A stretch of DNA of 64,000 nucleotides from contig CAXXKT010000003.1 of NCBI GenBank assembly GCA_963662405.2, positions 448,001-512,000 of the forward strand, in the 5' to 3' direction. The DNA is from Syntrophales bacterium (GTDB lineage Bacteria; Desulfobacterota; Syntrophia; Syntrophales; UBA2210). The number at the start of each line of letters is the position of its first letter. Position 1 is the first letter of the stretch. This document shows positions 32,896-43,278 of this stretch, in pieces. The position numbers and the translations under genes are program-made. The notes below the pieces were generated by a model. That model had not been told where the DNA came from. It saw nothing but the letters and a program-made list of their open reading frames with translations, and ran no database searches.

Positions 32896-34122
32896 TCAGT
32901 CGGCCTTGAACTCCTCGGAGAACAGCCGGTACCGCCGGGCCTCATATTCGTTTCCCATAGCGGTATAGATCTGTTCCACCTTTCGGAAATAGTGCTCTCG
33001 CTCCGCAGGGTTTTCTTCAATCAGCGAGAGATACAGCTCGACAGTCTGTGACGAATAGTCCTCTCGTTCAACGGAGATGTCCGCATATCGCTGCTTCACG
33101 AAGGGATCAATCCGCGCGCCGCAGCCGCGGCGCTGTTGCATGATTTCCCCATATAAATCAAGGGCTTCTTCTGATTTGCCGAGAGCCTCGCACGCCGCCG
33201 CCAGGGAAATGATCGTATTCTCATCCCGGCCGTGGGACCGGAGCATCTCGTGGTAGAGTGCATAGGCGTCTTCGTGCTTCCCGGTCCGGATCAGCGATTG
33301 ACCGGTCAGGTGCAGGATGGGAGTGGTATTCGCTATCGCTTCGGGGCACGAGAGGAGCCGTTCCCATGCCTCATCGGGCCGCTCGGCAGCCCAGAGTGTC
33401 TCGCACAGGGTATGGTACCCGTGAACGGAATGGGGATGAACATCGAGAAACCGTTCCACCAGGGCGAGGGCCTCATCGTGCCGCTCCAGATTCAGGTATG
33501 CGGTGGCCAGTTCGAGAGGGATGAAGCTCTCCGAGGAATTTTCTCTCATCGACTGAGAGAGCATGGCGACCGCACGGTCATAGTCGCCCCGATTCAGTGC
33601 CACATATCCTGCCGTGAAGGTTTCTCCGTAGCCGTGGTATGCCTTCCGAATCTCATCATCCAGGGCACCGCACAGGGCGACGAAGTATTCTTCGTCATCG
33701 ATCTCCTCCTCGCCGAGGGGAGGTGTATCTTCTTCCATGTCGGCGGCGAACGAAGATGTTTCACTGCGAGAGGAGGCGTTTTGTCCCCTGTTCAGGTCTT
33801 CTTCTATCGCCGCTGAAAGATCCGGGTCCCCTGTCAGTTCAAGCGCGAGGCTCAGGAGTTCCGACGCCCCTTCGTCATCGCCGGATTCCCTGAGCCGCTC
33901 AGCGTTTTCTCTGTGTTGCCGCGCCAGGCTTTCCCGGCTCTTATGGAGCTTATCGCGCAGACGTCTCGCGATATCGGGATCTCGCGGGTCCTTTCCCGCC
34001 TTATCTTGGGCCGTTTCATACTCCAGTTTGGCCGCCCCGAATTCGCCGATCTCAAAATAACGATCGCCCCTTTTCTCGTATTCTTCCGGCCCTTTCCCCG
34101 CGAACAATTTCAGAAATCCCAT
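32896..34122 (-). CDS. Tetratricopeptide repeat protein
   Basis: Repeated helical TPR-like patterns; ATG 34122 with GAGG upstream. Confidence 0.75.
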   Translation of the reverse strand: MGFLKLFAGKGPEEYEKRGDRYFEIGEFGAAKLEYETAQDKAGKDPRDPDIARRLRDKLHKSRESLARQHRENAERLRESGDDEGASELLSLALELTGDPDLSAAIEEDLNRGQNASSRSETSSFAADMEEDTPPLGEEEIDDEEYFVALCGALDDEIRKAYHGYGETFTAGYVALNRGDYDRAVAMLSQSMRENSSESFIPLELATAYLNLERHDEALALVERFLDVHPHSVHGYHTLCETLWAAERPDEAWERLLSCPEAIANTTPILHLTGQSLIRTGKHEDAYALYHEMLRSHGRDENTIISLAAACEALGKSEEALDLYGEIMQQRRGCGARIDPFVKQRYADISVEREDYSSQTVELYLSLIEENPAEREHYFRKVEQIYTAMGNEYEARRYRLFSEEFKAD

Positions 34123-34139
34123 CCGGTCCTCTCCTCGTT

Positions 34140-34781
34140 TTACAGATCGATCACGATCCCGGCGCCCCCTTCGATGTAGGTGTCGCGACAGTGAGATTTG
34201 ATCTCCGTTTTGAACTGGGTGCAGTGCGTGGCGCAGATGAGGGCCAGGTCCTTCATCAGGCCGAATTCGGTGGAGCCGTGGAGACCTCCGATCAGGGCAT
34301 ACACCGTACCGTGGACCGAGGCGGCCGTCAGGATCTCTCCCACCCCCGGATGAGAGCACCCCGCGATCACAACCGGCCCCCTCTCGGTGATGACGACGAG
34401 TGACTGTTCAATACCCCGGAGTTCTCCCGTGGAGAAGATCCCTTCCGCAATCTTCAAGGGTTCCGTCACCACGACGACCTCCCGAGCCGCATCGGGCGGG
34501 ACGTGGTACGAAGATGGAACGTACAGGGTAACGTCCCTGTTCTTCTTGAGAAAGTCGGCAAGTCCCCCCGTGTGGTCCCAGTGGGCGTGCGAGATGACGA
34601 CCCGGTCGATGGACCCGAGATCAATGCCGAGAGTCTCCATGTTTTTCAGGAGGATCTCCCCGTTGGCCCCGGTATCGAAGAGGATCCGCTCTCCGTGCGC
34701 CTCAACGAGACAGGCAAAGCCCCAGTCGGCAACCAGATCTTCTCGGGATGTCTCGTTATCATATATGATCGTAACTTTCAT
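34140..34781 (-). CDS. MBL-fold metallohydrolase (COG1237-like)
   Basis: ILFDTG, SHAHWDHTGG, GCSHPG, GGLH, HCT. Confidence 0.85.
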   Translation of the reverse strand: MKVTIIYDNETSREDLVADWGFACLVEAHGERILFDTGANGEILLKNMETLGIDLGSIDRVVISHAHWDHTGGLADFLKKNRDVTLYVPSSYHVPPDAAREVVVVTEPLKIAEGIFSTGELRGIEQSLVVITERGPVVIAGCSHPGVGEILTAASVHGTVYALIGGLHGSTEFGLMKDLALICATHCTQFKTEIKSHCRDTYIEGGAGIVIDL

Positions 34782-34842
34782 GCCTGTTCTCCTTTCCTGA
34801 TATAATCGTTGCTTCTCCGGATCCGGGCAGGCCGAAGGATAC

Positions 34843-35574
34843 CTACAGGTTAAGAAACTTGCCCGCTGTGATGCACCGGTCCCAGAATTCGTTCGACCCC
34901 TTGAGAAAGGCCTCCTTGGGAAGGTAATCCCGCGCCACGGCATTGAGGACCTCGGCCGACAGCTCTCCCGTTTCAACCAATTCCCGCCCCGCCCGTCGGG
35001 CCGCTTCCTTGATCTCTCTGATGGGATCGGCAATAATCTCTTCGAGGGTGAAGAGGTAACTCGACGGCCGGACGACCGCGCCGACAAACCGTGCCTGCAT
35101 GTTGCGGCACATGCGCCCCATGTGATCGATCAACCCGTCGAAATTGTCCCGTTCATAAAAGCCGCAGACACTGAGCAGGACGACATCGGGAGGATTTTCC
35201 CCGTACCGCCGCGGGTGGCGGTAGTGCCCGTCCACGAACTCGAAATGGGGGTCGGAGAGGGGAATCATTCGATCGAGAAAGGTCTTTGTCTGGGCGGTCA
35301 TCCCGTCCACGTACAGGGGGGTGCCGATCACCAGGCAGTCCGCACCGCGCACCTTCTCAAGGAGCCCCGGCATATCGTCCTTGTGGACGCATACACCGGG
35401 AGTCGTTACCCAGCATTTATAGCAGCCGATACAGTAGTTGATCTTCTTTTTCTGAAGAAAGACCGTTTCCACCTCGGCCCCTGCCTCCCGGGCCCCCTCC
35501 AGGAACGTCTCCATCAGGATGTGCGTCATCCCCTTTTTTGTGTTCGGACTCCCGTTTACCGCGAATATCTTCAT
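34843..35574 (-). CDS. Flavodoxin-like iron-sulfur flavoprotein family protein
   Basis: NGSPN, CIGCYKCW..PGVC..DDM, GTPLY. Confidence 0.85.
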   Translation of the reverse strand: MKIFAVNGSPNTKKGMTHILMETFLEGAREAGAEVETVFLQKKKINYCIGCYKCWVTTPGVCVHKDDMPGLLEKVRGADCLVIGTPLYVDGMTAQTKTFLDRMIPLSDPHFEFVDGHYRHPRRYGENPPDVVLLSVCGFYERDNFDGLIDHMGRMCRNMQARFVGAVVRPSSYLFTLEEIIADPIREIKEAARRAGRELVETGELSAEVLNAVARDYLPKEAFLKGSNEFWDRCITAGKFLNL

Positions 35575-35587
35575 CCGTAACCTCCTT

Positions 35588-35842
35588 TTATCCGTGTATG
35601 ATCTTCATGATAATGATGTACAGGGTAAAGCTGAGCCCGACGGCGTTTCCCAGGATAACCGGTGCCGAATGTATCAGCAGGCCATAGACGAACCAGAGAA
35701 AGAGACCGGCCCCCAAGACCGCGAAAGCGCCGAGCGACAGGTCATGGGTTTGCTTCGTCCGGTATATCTTGATCACCTGCGGCGACATGGCGATCGAGGC
35801 GAGTATCGCCGCCATGAACCCAATAATATCCGTCACGTTCAT
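35588..35842 (-). CDS. SemiSWEET/PQ-loop transporter
   Basis: 84 aa, three TM segments, PQ motif, T.DLS, LW..YG. Confidence 0.85.
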   Translation of the reverse strand: MNVTDIIGFMAAILASIAMSPQVIKIYRTKQTHDLSLGAFAVLGAGLFLWFVYGLLIHSAPVILGNAVGLSFTLYIIIMKIIHG

Positions 35843-36909
35843 AGGTATCCCTTCAATCCTTTCCCTTCGAGGTATTCCACCACCATTTTCACGTCCTGCG
35901 AGGAGCCTCTCCGGCAGACGAGGAGGGCGTCTTTTGTTTCCACGACGATCAGGTCTTCCACACCGACCAGGGCCACCAGCTTGTCGGGGCTGTGTACCAG
36001 GCAGTTCGATGCCCTGGAGCGCACAACCTTTCCACGCGTCACATTTCCCTTCGTGTCCTTCTCAAGGACGTCCCACAGGGCGTCCCAGCTTCCGATGTCA
36101 TTCCACCCGAAATCCCCCTCCAGCATCACCACATCGGGGGCCTTCTCCATGACGCCGTAATCGATCGAGACCGACTCGATTCCCCCGTAGACCTCTGAAA
36201 GAACCCGTGCCTCGCCGTCGGTGCCGATAGCCTCTCCTATCGTGGCGAGTCCCTCATACAGACCGGGGAGGAGTTTGTGGATTGCATTCAGCAGGGTGGA
36301 TGCCCTCCAGATAAACATGCCGCTGTTCCAGAAGAAAGCGTCGTTCTTCAGAAATGTTTGTGCTGTTGCCGCATCCGGTTTTTCCCGGAACGACCGAACA
36401 CTGTATATTTTTGTTTCCCCGGTTGTGGCGGTTATTTTACCCCGCTCCATATAGCCGTAGCCCGTCTCGGCCCACCGGGGTTTTATGCCGACCGTGACCA
36501 GACAGTCTCTCATCTTTGCCGTTTCGCGCGCAGCGATCAGCGAGGCGAGAAAACCCTCCGTATCCGCGATCAGGTGATCCGAGGGAAGGACGCACATGAC
36601 GGCATCAGGATTTTTCTTCTGTATGTGTATCGTCGCAAGGCCGATGCAGGGTGCGGTGTTCCTGCCGACCGGTTCGATCAGGATGTTTTCGGGCGGGATC
36701 TGGGGAAGCTGCTCTTTGATCTGGTCCGCGTGGCTGGCGCCGGTAACGATCAGGATCTTTTCCCGTGCCACGAGGGGGGTGATCCTGTCGACGGTGTACT
36801 GGATGATGCTCTTTTCCCCCGTGATGTTCAGCAGGTGTTTCGGCCGCTTCTCCCTGCTCAGGGGCCAGAACCGGGTCCCCTTTCCTCCCGCCATGATGAC
36901 TGCGTACAT
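35839..36909 (-). CDS. manC: Mannose-1-phosphate guanylyltransferase
   Basis: MAGGKGTRFWPLSR..PK, EPVGRNTAP, PSDH, FREKPD, WNDIGSW. Confidence 0.92.
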   Translation of the reverse strand: MYAVIMAGGKGTRFWPLSREKRPKHLLNITGEKSIIQYTVDRITPLVAREKILIVTGASHADQIKEQLPQIPPENILIEPVGRNTAPCIGLATIHIQKKNPDAVMCVLPSDHLIADTEGFLASLIAARETAKMRDCLVTVGIKPRWAETGYGYMERGKITATTGETKIYSVRSFREKPDAATAQTFLKNDAFFWNSGMFIWRASTLLNAIHKLLPGLYEGLATIGEAIGTDGEARVLSEVYGGIESVSIDYGVMEKAPDVVMLEGDFGWNDIGSWDALWDVLEKDTKGNVTRGKVVRSRASNCLVHSPDKLVALVGVEDLIVVETKDALLVCRRGSSQDVKMVVEYLEGKGLKGYL

Positions 36910-37385
36910 AAAGACTCTCCTTAGACAGCACCCGGCGCTGTCTTTTTGATATACCTTGGCTTTTTTCTCGGATTCGATGCTTCGATATACTACCGTTATC
37001 GCTCGGGGAGTCAAGGGTTATTTCGGGAGCGGGGAGGATTGCCAAAAGATGCGAGCAAAGGGGAATGGTATTTTTTCTCCCGGAGACTTCCTGTTTTCCC
37101 GGTGTATGAAATGCACTGTTCTCTCTCCTTTATTCGTTCATATAAACGATTCTTGAATTGCCGTTTCGTCTGTGATAGCTCAGGGCAGAAGGGATGCGGG
37201 GGATGAGATGACGACAGTCGAATCGGCAAGACCCGCCGGTTTTCATTCTTTAATGCTCCTGTTGGCAATTGCCCCCGGCATCGCATCCAGGATGTCCACG
37301 GATTCTAAAAACCGGCGCTGATATTTTGGATATCCTGGACAGACAATATGGTATTTCGTGAATGGGACTTCCCCAAAGGTATGAC

Positions 37386-38459
37386 ATGAAAGATCGACAG
37401 CATCCCACCACCTCTTCCGTATCGGATCCTTTTATTGCCGGTGATTTGGAATCCACATTTGACGAGCAGTTCTTTATTCTCAATTATGGAACGAGGCTCC
37501 TCACCGCCTGCACGGACAGAGAAATCCTGATTGATATCGCCTTGGAAACCCTGGCTGATTTTTCACGCGGAAAGCGGGTTGCCATCATGACCCTCGACAG
37601 TAATGAGGAACGGCTGGAGATCGATGGCATATTTGTGGAAAACAGGTCCGTTCGTTCGAACACGTCATTCCCCGTCGGCGGGACGGTTCTGGAAAAAACG
37701 ATGCTTCAAAAATCTGTTGCCGCCTCTCCGCTCACAATAGTCAGCGAAGTTCCCTTACCGGCAGAAAACAGAGGGAGCGATGAAGGTCAATGTTTATGTT
37801 TACCGCTGATCGGGGCTTCATTTCGTATCGTCGGGCTGGCCACAATCGAAATCCATGAAGCACATCAGCTCACCTTCCTTGAGATGCAACAACTCAGGAT
37901 CCTCAGTACGGTACTGGCCATTTCCCTCGATAATGCAAGGCTGTTCGACAGGGTCATTCACGACAGTCTGACGGACCTCTACACACGGAGATTCTATGAG
38001 ATACGGCTGGAGGAAGAGCTCCAGAAATTGAAACGAGATCCCGGCTGTCTGTCCGTAATTCTTTTTGATATTGACAAGTTCAAGGCGGTCAACGATTCAT
38101 TCGGTCATCTGATGGGGGACAAAGTCCTTCGACAGTTCGCAGCGATCATGCAGGATAACGCTCGCAGAGGTTCCACCCTGGTAAGCAGGTACGGTGGCGA
38201 AGAGTTCATTGCCCTCATCCCCGATGCCCGTCTGGACGAAGCGCTCAATATGGCGCATAGGATAAAAGACCTCTGTTCAAACCATTCATTTGGAGACGAC
38301 GCGCAAAAGATACCGGTAACCGTGAGCGGCGGCGTGGCTTTTACCGATCACACGGAATCACTTTCCCCGGGAGATCTTTTCCAGCGAGCCGATACGGCAC
38401 TGTATGAGGCCAAACGTGGTGGGCGCAATTGCATCGTTGCCTGGAATGATCCAGGATGA
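37386..38459 (+). CDS. GAF-GGDEF diguanylate cyclase
   Basis: GAF-like N-terminus; DIDKFKAVNDSFGHLMGD, RYGGEEF; no RxxD I-site. Confidence 0.9.
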   Translation: MKDRQHPTTSSVSDPFIAGDLESTFDEQFFILNYGTRLLTACTDREILIDIALETLADFSRGKRVAIMTLDSNEERLEIDGIFVENRSVRSNTSFPVGGTVLEKTMLQKSVAASPLTIVSEVPLPAENRGSDEGQCLCLPLIGASFRIVGLATIEIHEAHQLTFLEMQQLRILSTVLAISLDNARLFDRVIHDSLTDLYTRRFYEIRLEEELQKLKRDPGCLSVILFDIDKFKAVNDSFGHLMGDKVLRQFAAIMQDNARRGSTLVSRYGGEEFIALIPDARLDEALNMAHRIKDLCSNHSFGDDAQKIPVTVSGGVAFTDHTESLSPGDLFQRADTALYEAKRGGRNCIVAWNDPG

Positions 38460-38812
38460 TCGGATTTGTTGATTAATCCGAGGGTCATCCAGGAAGAGAA
38501 TGGGAAGCACAACCATTGTCCGCAAAAAAATAATCAGTCCCCGTTTCTTCTTTTCTTTTCGTCCCCTTTCCTTTTCGAGGTCGATCCTTTTGTCTATCCG
38601 AAAGACAAAGGTGACATCGGATCATCAGCGGCATATGAAGCCCCAGCCGCCATTCGAACCATCCCTGAGCATCTGGGATGGTGGATTGCGCGAGGACGAT
38701 CACCTCGAAAATTCATGCTCCTTTGTTCGCTTACACGGGGAAAACTACATTCTACACCATACATAAAGGATCAGAATTTATAACTGATTAATTCTTCTGT
38801 TCTAAAATGTTC

Positions 38813-38841
38813 TTGACTTTAAAATTTCAGCTTCCTATATT
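38813..38841 (+). promoter_or_regulatory. Putative sigma70 promoter
   Basis: TTGACT-N17-TATATT in the AT-rich spacer upstream of the large protein. Confidence 0.55.
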
Positions 38842-38961
38842 TAAATGGGTATATGTTCCGATACCAAAAACGCAAGTCCCTGTTAACCCCCTCGGGAATT
38901 TCCCGTTCGTAAGGGCGTGGAGATTCACTCTGTATCCGTCTTTAGCAGAAAGGTTGGAGCC

Positions 38962-41900
38962 ATGAACTTCGCCAGCAGAACCATTCGTTGTTTCATATTC
39001 TTTGTGGTTTTTTGTGCGTGTGGGGTGTGCTTCGCGGAAGAGGCGCTCCCCTATTCCTATTACCTCCCTTACTTCAGATCGGATTCGAGTTATGCCACGG
39101 CACTGGCACTCAGAAATACGGCGGAAGGAGAGGGAGCACACGTATCATCGGTGGTGTATGGCCGGGACGGAACCCCCCTGGTCACCGATGAGCGCGATAT
39201 CCCGTCCCGTGGCCAGACATCCTTTCTCATCGGTGGAGCTCTCGATTATGAGGGGGGGTGGATCGCGGTCTCTTCCGATCAGCCGCTCACGGGCTTGTGT
39301 TTTGTGGCAAGTCGGGGTGAGGACACGCATATGTACGATATCACCCTTATAGATGAACTTTCCACGGAGGTTATCGTTCCACATATCGCACAGAGCGACA
39401 ACTGGGACTCCACGGTTCTTGTCTGCAACCCCCATGATTCCCCAACCGATATCACCCTCACCTTGGTTAACCAGGAAGGGAACGTAATTGAATCCGTCAC
39501 CTACCACAACATCCCTGCAATGGGGAGCAGGCGCTATGAAATAGCGGTACTCGGCCAGGGATCGGGAAGCATTGAGATTTCAGCAGACAATGCTGTTGCG
39601 GCATTTGCACTCTACGACAATATCAAACTTCCGGAGAGATACTCCATCGCGGGGATCAGTGCGGTCGATTCGCGAAACCAGGAGGATTATACCTACTACA
39701 TTCCCTATTTTATTTCCGGGCCGGATTTGATCTCCGGAATCGGGTATGTGACAGGGGTGGCATTGAGAAACGGGAGCGCTGAGGACAGCGCGAACGTCTC
39801 CGTCGTGGTGCGGAATGAAGACGGCACCGTGTGCGCAAGCGAAGCCAGGAGTATTCCCCCTCGGGGTCAGACTTCTTTCCTCGTGGGAACCGAGTTAAAT
39901 CAGGATGGCGGGTGGATAGAGGTTTCGTCCGATCAGCCCCTGACGGGGCTCTGTTTCGTGGCAAGCGCCACGCCTGATACACACATGTTCGATATAACTT
40001 TGATACGGGATCTCTACAAGTTTCTGTCCGTGCCCCATGTGGCCCAAGGCGCCGCCTGGGATTCCAAGGTTCTCATCTGCAACCCTTCCGACCAGCAGAT
40101 CGATGTCACGCTCACACTCGTCGATACGGAAGGGAATGTGATTGAATCCACCACGTACCAGATCTCTGCGAGGGGGAGCAGGCAGTTTGAGACAGCGGCA
40201 CTCGGTCAGGGATCGGGGAGCATTGAGATCTCGGCAAGCAGTGGAGTCGCGGCATTTGCGCTCTACGACAATATCAAGCTGCGGGGGAAATACTCCATCG
40301 CGGGGATAAGCGCCCTCATGCCCCCCGTCACCGCAAATGCCCAGGCCTTTGCGAATGAAAAGGTTGCCGAGGGGACGCCCCTCCTCGATTCGGGTGATTA
40401 CAGCGCCGCGAAGGCGAAATTCGCCGAGGCACTGGATGCCGATCCTGACAACCCGGGGGCCAACGCTGGCTATTCCCTTTCCAGTATGGGTGAAAACGAG
40501 GAGACCTATGAAAACATGTGGACGGGCGCCATCGGCTCGATAGAGGGAAATGATCTCACATCGGGACAGATGTTTATGGAGCAGATATACGAATTATTAG
40601 GGGGATTGCCTTTTATACAATTCAGCTCGGAGAGCACGGAACATCGCCCCCTGTCTCTGGTGCTGCCGCAGCCCCAGGGAGCCAATGAGATAGACATTGA
40701 CCTGGATGTCCCCAATTCGCTCAAGGAAATAGTCCTGAGAATTACCCATGGCGTTCCTGTCTATGACAGCAGTTATTTCGGGGCCATGGCAGCCTTCAAG
40801 GATGAATTCAGGACGTACGTCTCCATGGCGCGGCTGATCCTTCCCCTGATCCGCAAGGTCGAGGCGGTCCCCGGTTTCACGCTCGAGTTGCCGGCCTCTA
40901 TCTACAAGGAAATCTTCGGCTTTGATATGGACGGGGACGGTATCGATGATCTCAACACCCCGGCGGACTCGGTCATTATCGACCAGGGAGATTTTTATAT
41001 TATGGATGCCATGCTCAGCATGGTGATCGGTCTGTCGCAATTCTTCGAGGCATACGATTTTACGGGATCTTCATTCGAGGTGGCAGGCGATACGAATGCG
41101 GACGGCTACATAGACCCGGATGAATATCTGCCACCGGAACCATACTACACCCTGCTGGAGGGTGGCGCAGAACGAATGGCGGAAGCCAGGGTATTTCTGA
41201 ATACGGCATTTGCCAAGCTCGAACGCGGCATCGATATTACACTGGCGGAACCAGCGGACGATCACGAGCTCCTCCCGGTGAATGCGGATGCCGATTTGAG
41301 GGCCTTTCTGAACTCTCTCAAAGACAGCGCCGATTATATGGACCTGTCTGATCTGAAGGCACTCATGTCAGGGCCCTATCTTTTTGATTTTTCAAAAGGT
41401 CCCTTTTCCCTTGCGGGTCAATCCATCTCCTTGAACTTTGCGGCCTTTTTTGATTCGCCGTTGGATTTACGCGATTATCTCCCCTCCATACGGGTGAGCG
41501 ACCAGAGCATGCACTATCGCGGTGATGATACCCTTGGGGGGATGATACCCGGCGGCGATCTCGACGATGTGCTCAATTACGCGCTCGGCATAGCGACCCT
41601 CACATCCATTCCCATCATCACCTCCCTTTCCTCAACAGAGGTCGCGTTGGGAGGCACGCTGGATATATACGGGGAAGGATTCGGCGAGCTTCAGGGCGAC
41701 AGTACGGTGACCATCGGCAACAGGGCCGTGCCTACGGCCGATATCCTCCTGTGGTCGGAAGACCACGTACAGATACGGATAGCTCCGGACACCGTTCCGG
41801 GGAGGCTGCGTATCGAGGTGGATGATATGCTCACGAACTCGGTCCGGATCAGCATCGAGGGCATCATCGCAGACCATTTTGATGAGGTTCTGAGCGCGGA

Positions 41901-42570
41901 GATGGCAGGCGATCCCCCTACCACCATCGACTCAGGACTCTATGTCTATGATATATACGATGCACCGGCTGTCTCTTGGAGCCCCACTGCCTCTCATTGG
42001 CTCATTTCGGCTGACTATCCGGGATATATGCTTCAAACATCCGACATCTGGTATCTAAACCCCGACTTTAGTTGGTGGGATTCTCCCGACCCTGAGGTGG
42101 ATTATTTCCAGGGGAGCAACCTTGTCATGCAGGGCCAGACATTCTCTGACTTCACGTTTACGGCGGGCTTTGCAATAAAATATCAGGATGAAACATGGAC
42201 GCTTAGGGGCTCTGACAACGACGGCATCGGGATCGTCTTCCGCTATCAGGACGAAGACAATTACTACCGTTTGATGAGCGTCTTCGAAGAAGGCCCGTTC
42301 ACGCGTCTCGAAAAATTCGTGGGAGGCGAGATGACCGTGCTGGCCCTGAGCACCGATCCTGCGGACGTGTACGTGGCCGACGAATACGGCGTCGTTCCTG
42401 ATGATATCAATGTCTTCACGGTCGAGGTTTCGGGAACCAATATCAAGGCATACATCAACGACAGACTGGTCTTTGATGTGAATGACGGGACGTTCTCTTC
42501 AGGGAGGGTGGGCATTGCCACCTACGCCATGTGCTGGACATGGCTGGATTATATCACCGTGGAGCACTAA
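38962..42570 (+). CDS. Large acidic secreted multidomain protein (duplicated beta-rich domain, TPR-like helix pair, DxDxDG loops, IPT/TIG, lectin-like C-terminus)
   Basis: Signal peptide; two ~205-aa repeats; DMDGDG and DTNADG; PIITSLS..GEGFG..VTIG; DNDGIGIVFRYQDEDNYY. Confidence 0.8.
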   Translation: MNFASRTIRCFIFFVVFCACGVCFAEEALPYSYYLPYFRSDSSYATALALRNTAEGEGAHVSSVVYGRDGTPLVTDERDIPSRGQTSFLIGGALDYEGGWIAVSSDQPLTGLCFVASRGEDTHMYDITLIDELSTEVIVPHIAQSDNWDSTVLVCNPHDSPTDITLTLVNQEGNVIESVTYHNIPAMGSRRYEIAVLGQGSGSIEISADNAVAAFALYDNIKLPERYSIAGISAVDSRNQEDYTYYIPYFISGPDLISGIGYVTGVALRNGSAEDSANVSVVVRNEDGTVCASEARSIPPRGQTSFLVGTELNQDGGWIEVSSDQPLTGLCFVASATPDTHMFDITLIRDLYKFLSVPHVAQGAAWDSKVLICNPSDQQIDVTLTLVDTEGNVIESTTYQISARGSRQFETAALGQGSGSIEISASSGVAAFALYDNIKLRGKYSIAGISALMPPVTANAQAFANEKVAEGTPLLDSGDYSAAKAKFAEALDADPDNPGANAGYSLSSMGENEETYENMWTGAIGSIEGNDLTSGQMFMEQIYELLGGLPFIQFSSESTEHRPLSLVLPQPQGANEIDIDLDVPNSLKEIVLRITHGVPVYDSSYFGAMAAFKDEFRTYVSMARLILPLIRKVEAVPGFTLELPASIYKEIFGFDMDGDGIDDLNTPADSVIIDQGDFYIMDAMLSMVIGLSQFFEAYDFTGSSFEVAGDTNADGYIDPDEYLPPEPYYTLLEGGAERMAEARVFLNTAFAKLERGIDITLAEPADDHELLPVNADADLRAFLNSLKDSADYMDLSDLKALMSGPYLFDFSKGPFSLAGQSISLNFAAFFDSPLDLRDYLPSIRVSDQSMHYRGDDTLGGMIPGGDLDDVLNYALGIATLTSIPIITSLSSTEVALGGTLDIYGEGFGELQGDSTVTIGNRAVPTADILLWSEDHVQIRIAPDTVPGRLRIEVDDMLTNSVRISIEGIIADHFDEVLSAEMAGDPPTTIDSGLYVYDIYDAPAVSWSPTASHWLISADYPGYMLQTSDIWYLNPDFSWWDSPDPEVDYFQGSNLVMQGQTFSDFTFTAGFAIKYQDETWTLRGSDNDGIGIVFRYQDEDNYYRLMSVFEEGPFTRLEKFVGGEMTVLALSTDPADVYVADEYGVVPDDINVFTVEVSGTNIKAYINDRLVFDVNDGTFSSGRVGIATYAMCWTWLDYITVEH

Positions 42571-42585
42571 TGTGAAATCAGGCCT

Positions 42586-42631
42586 GTAGCGGGGGCGGGC
42601 GCATCGCTTCGTAGATCGGTGCCCGCCCCTG
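42586..42631 (+). terminator. GC-rich hairpin between convergent genes (REP-like or terminator)
   Basis: GTAG followed by GGGGCGGGCGC...GTGCCCGCCCC; no strong T-tract. Confidence 0.5.
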
Positions 42632-42805
42632 AAACGCTTCCTGTGCCCTGTCGGTGTCGCAGGGGTCGAAAGGCTTGGTGACGTCTTGAGGCGGGTGTCT
42701 TTTGCTCCGTCTTGTTTTCAATCAACAGCCTCATTATCTCCGTCACGGAACGAAACCCGACATTCAATTATGCCACGTCCAGAGGGTTGGCAGCGGGGGA
42801 GCACG

Positions 42806-42826
42806 TCAGGAAATAGGTGTGTCCCC
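42806..42826. repeat. Island direct repeat, copy A
   Basis: TCAGGAAATAGGTGTGTCCCC. Confidence 0.6.
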
Positions 42827-42849
42827 CGATCTTCAGCTATCACGTCCGC

Positions 42850-43278
42850 TCACTTCTTGGACGAAGAGACAATAAGGTGTGTCGTTGTTACACGCACGAG
42901 CACATTATTATTGTCATCTCTCACGACGGTTTCAACGACTTTCATTGTTCGTCCGGAATGCACAACCTGAGCTTCCGCCGTTGCGGTACCGGTATCTGTG
43001 TTGCTCACCAGATTTGCGCTCAGTTGTACCGTGAACGGAAAGGGCTCATCTTCTTTCCTGCAGGCTGCCGTGGCGGTTATGTCGGCGAGCGAAACCAAGG
43101 CTCCTGCGGCAAATTTCCTCGTAAATTGACTTGTATTAGGGCAAAAGGGCATTTTCATGACCACCCGGTTTTCTTCTATCTCAACCGGTGTAATGCCGAA
43201 GGCAATAAAGATGTCCCCACCTTTCTCTTCGAAGGGTCTCCGAAATTCAGCAACAGCTTTCTCGTCAAGTTTTGGCAT
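42850..43278 (-). CDS. PaaI/hotdog-fold thioesterase
   Basis: AGALVSLAD, TVQLSANLV, VVHSGRTMKV. Confidence 0.8.
   Translation of the reverse strand: MPKLDEKAVAEFRRPFEEKGGDIFIAFGITPVEIEENRVVMKMPFCPNTSQFTRKFAAGALVSLADITATAACRKEDEPFPFTVQLSANLVSNTDTGTATAEAQVVHSGRTMKVVETVVRDDNNNVLVRVTTTHLIVSSSKK

Noticed and set aside
27946..38459. GGDEF proteins as Hypr-type cGAMP synthases
   Set aside because: All three keep Asp in the G(H/R)xxGD motif rather than the Ser/Thr signature
38841..38961. c-di-GMP riboswitch in the leader of the large secreted protein
   Set aside because: No GGCAAAC...GAAA...GACGCAAAGC core visible
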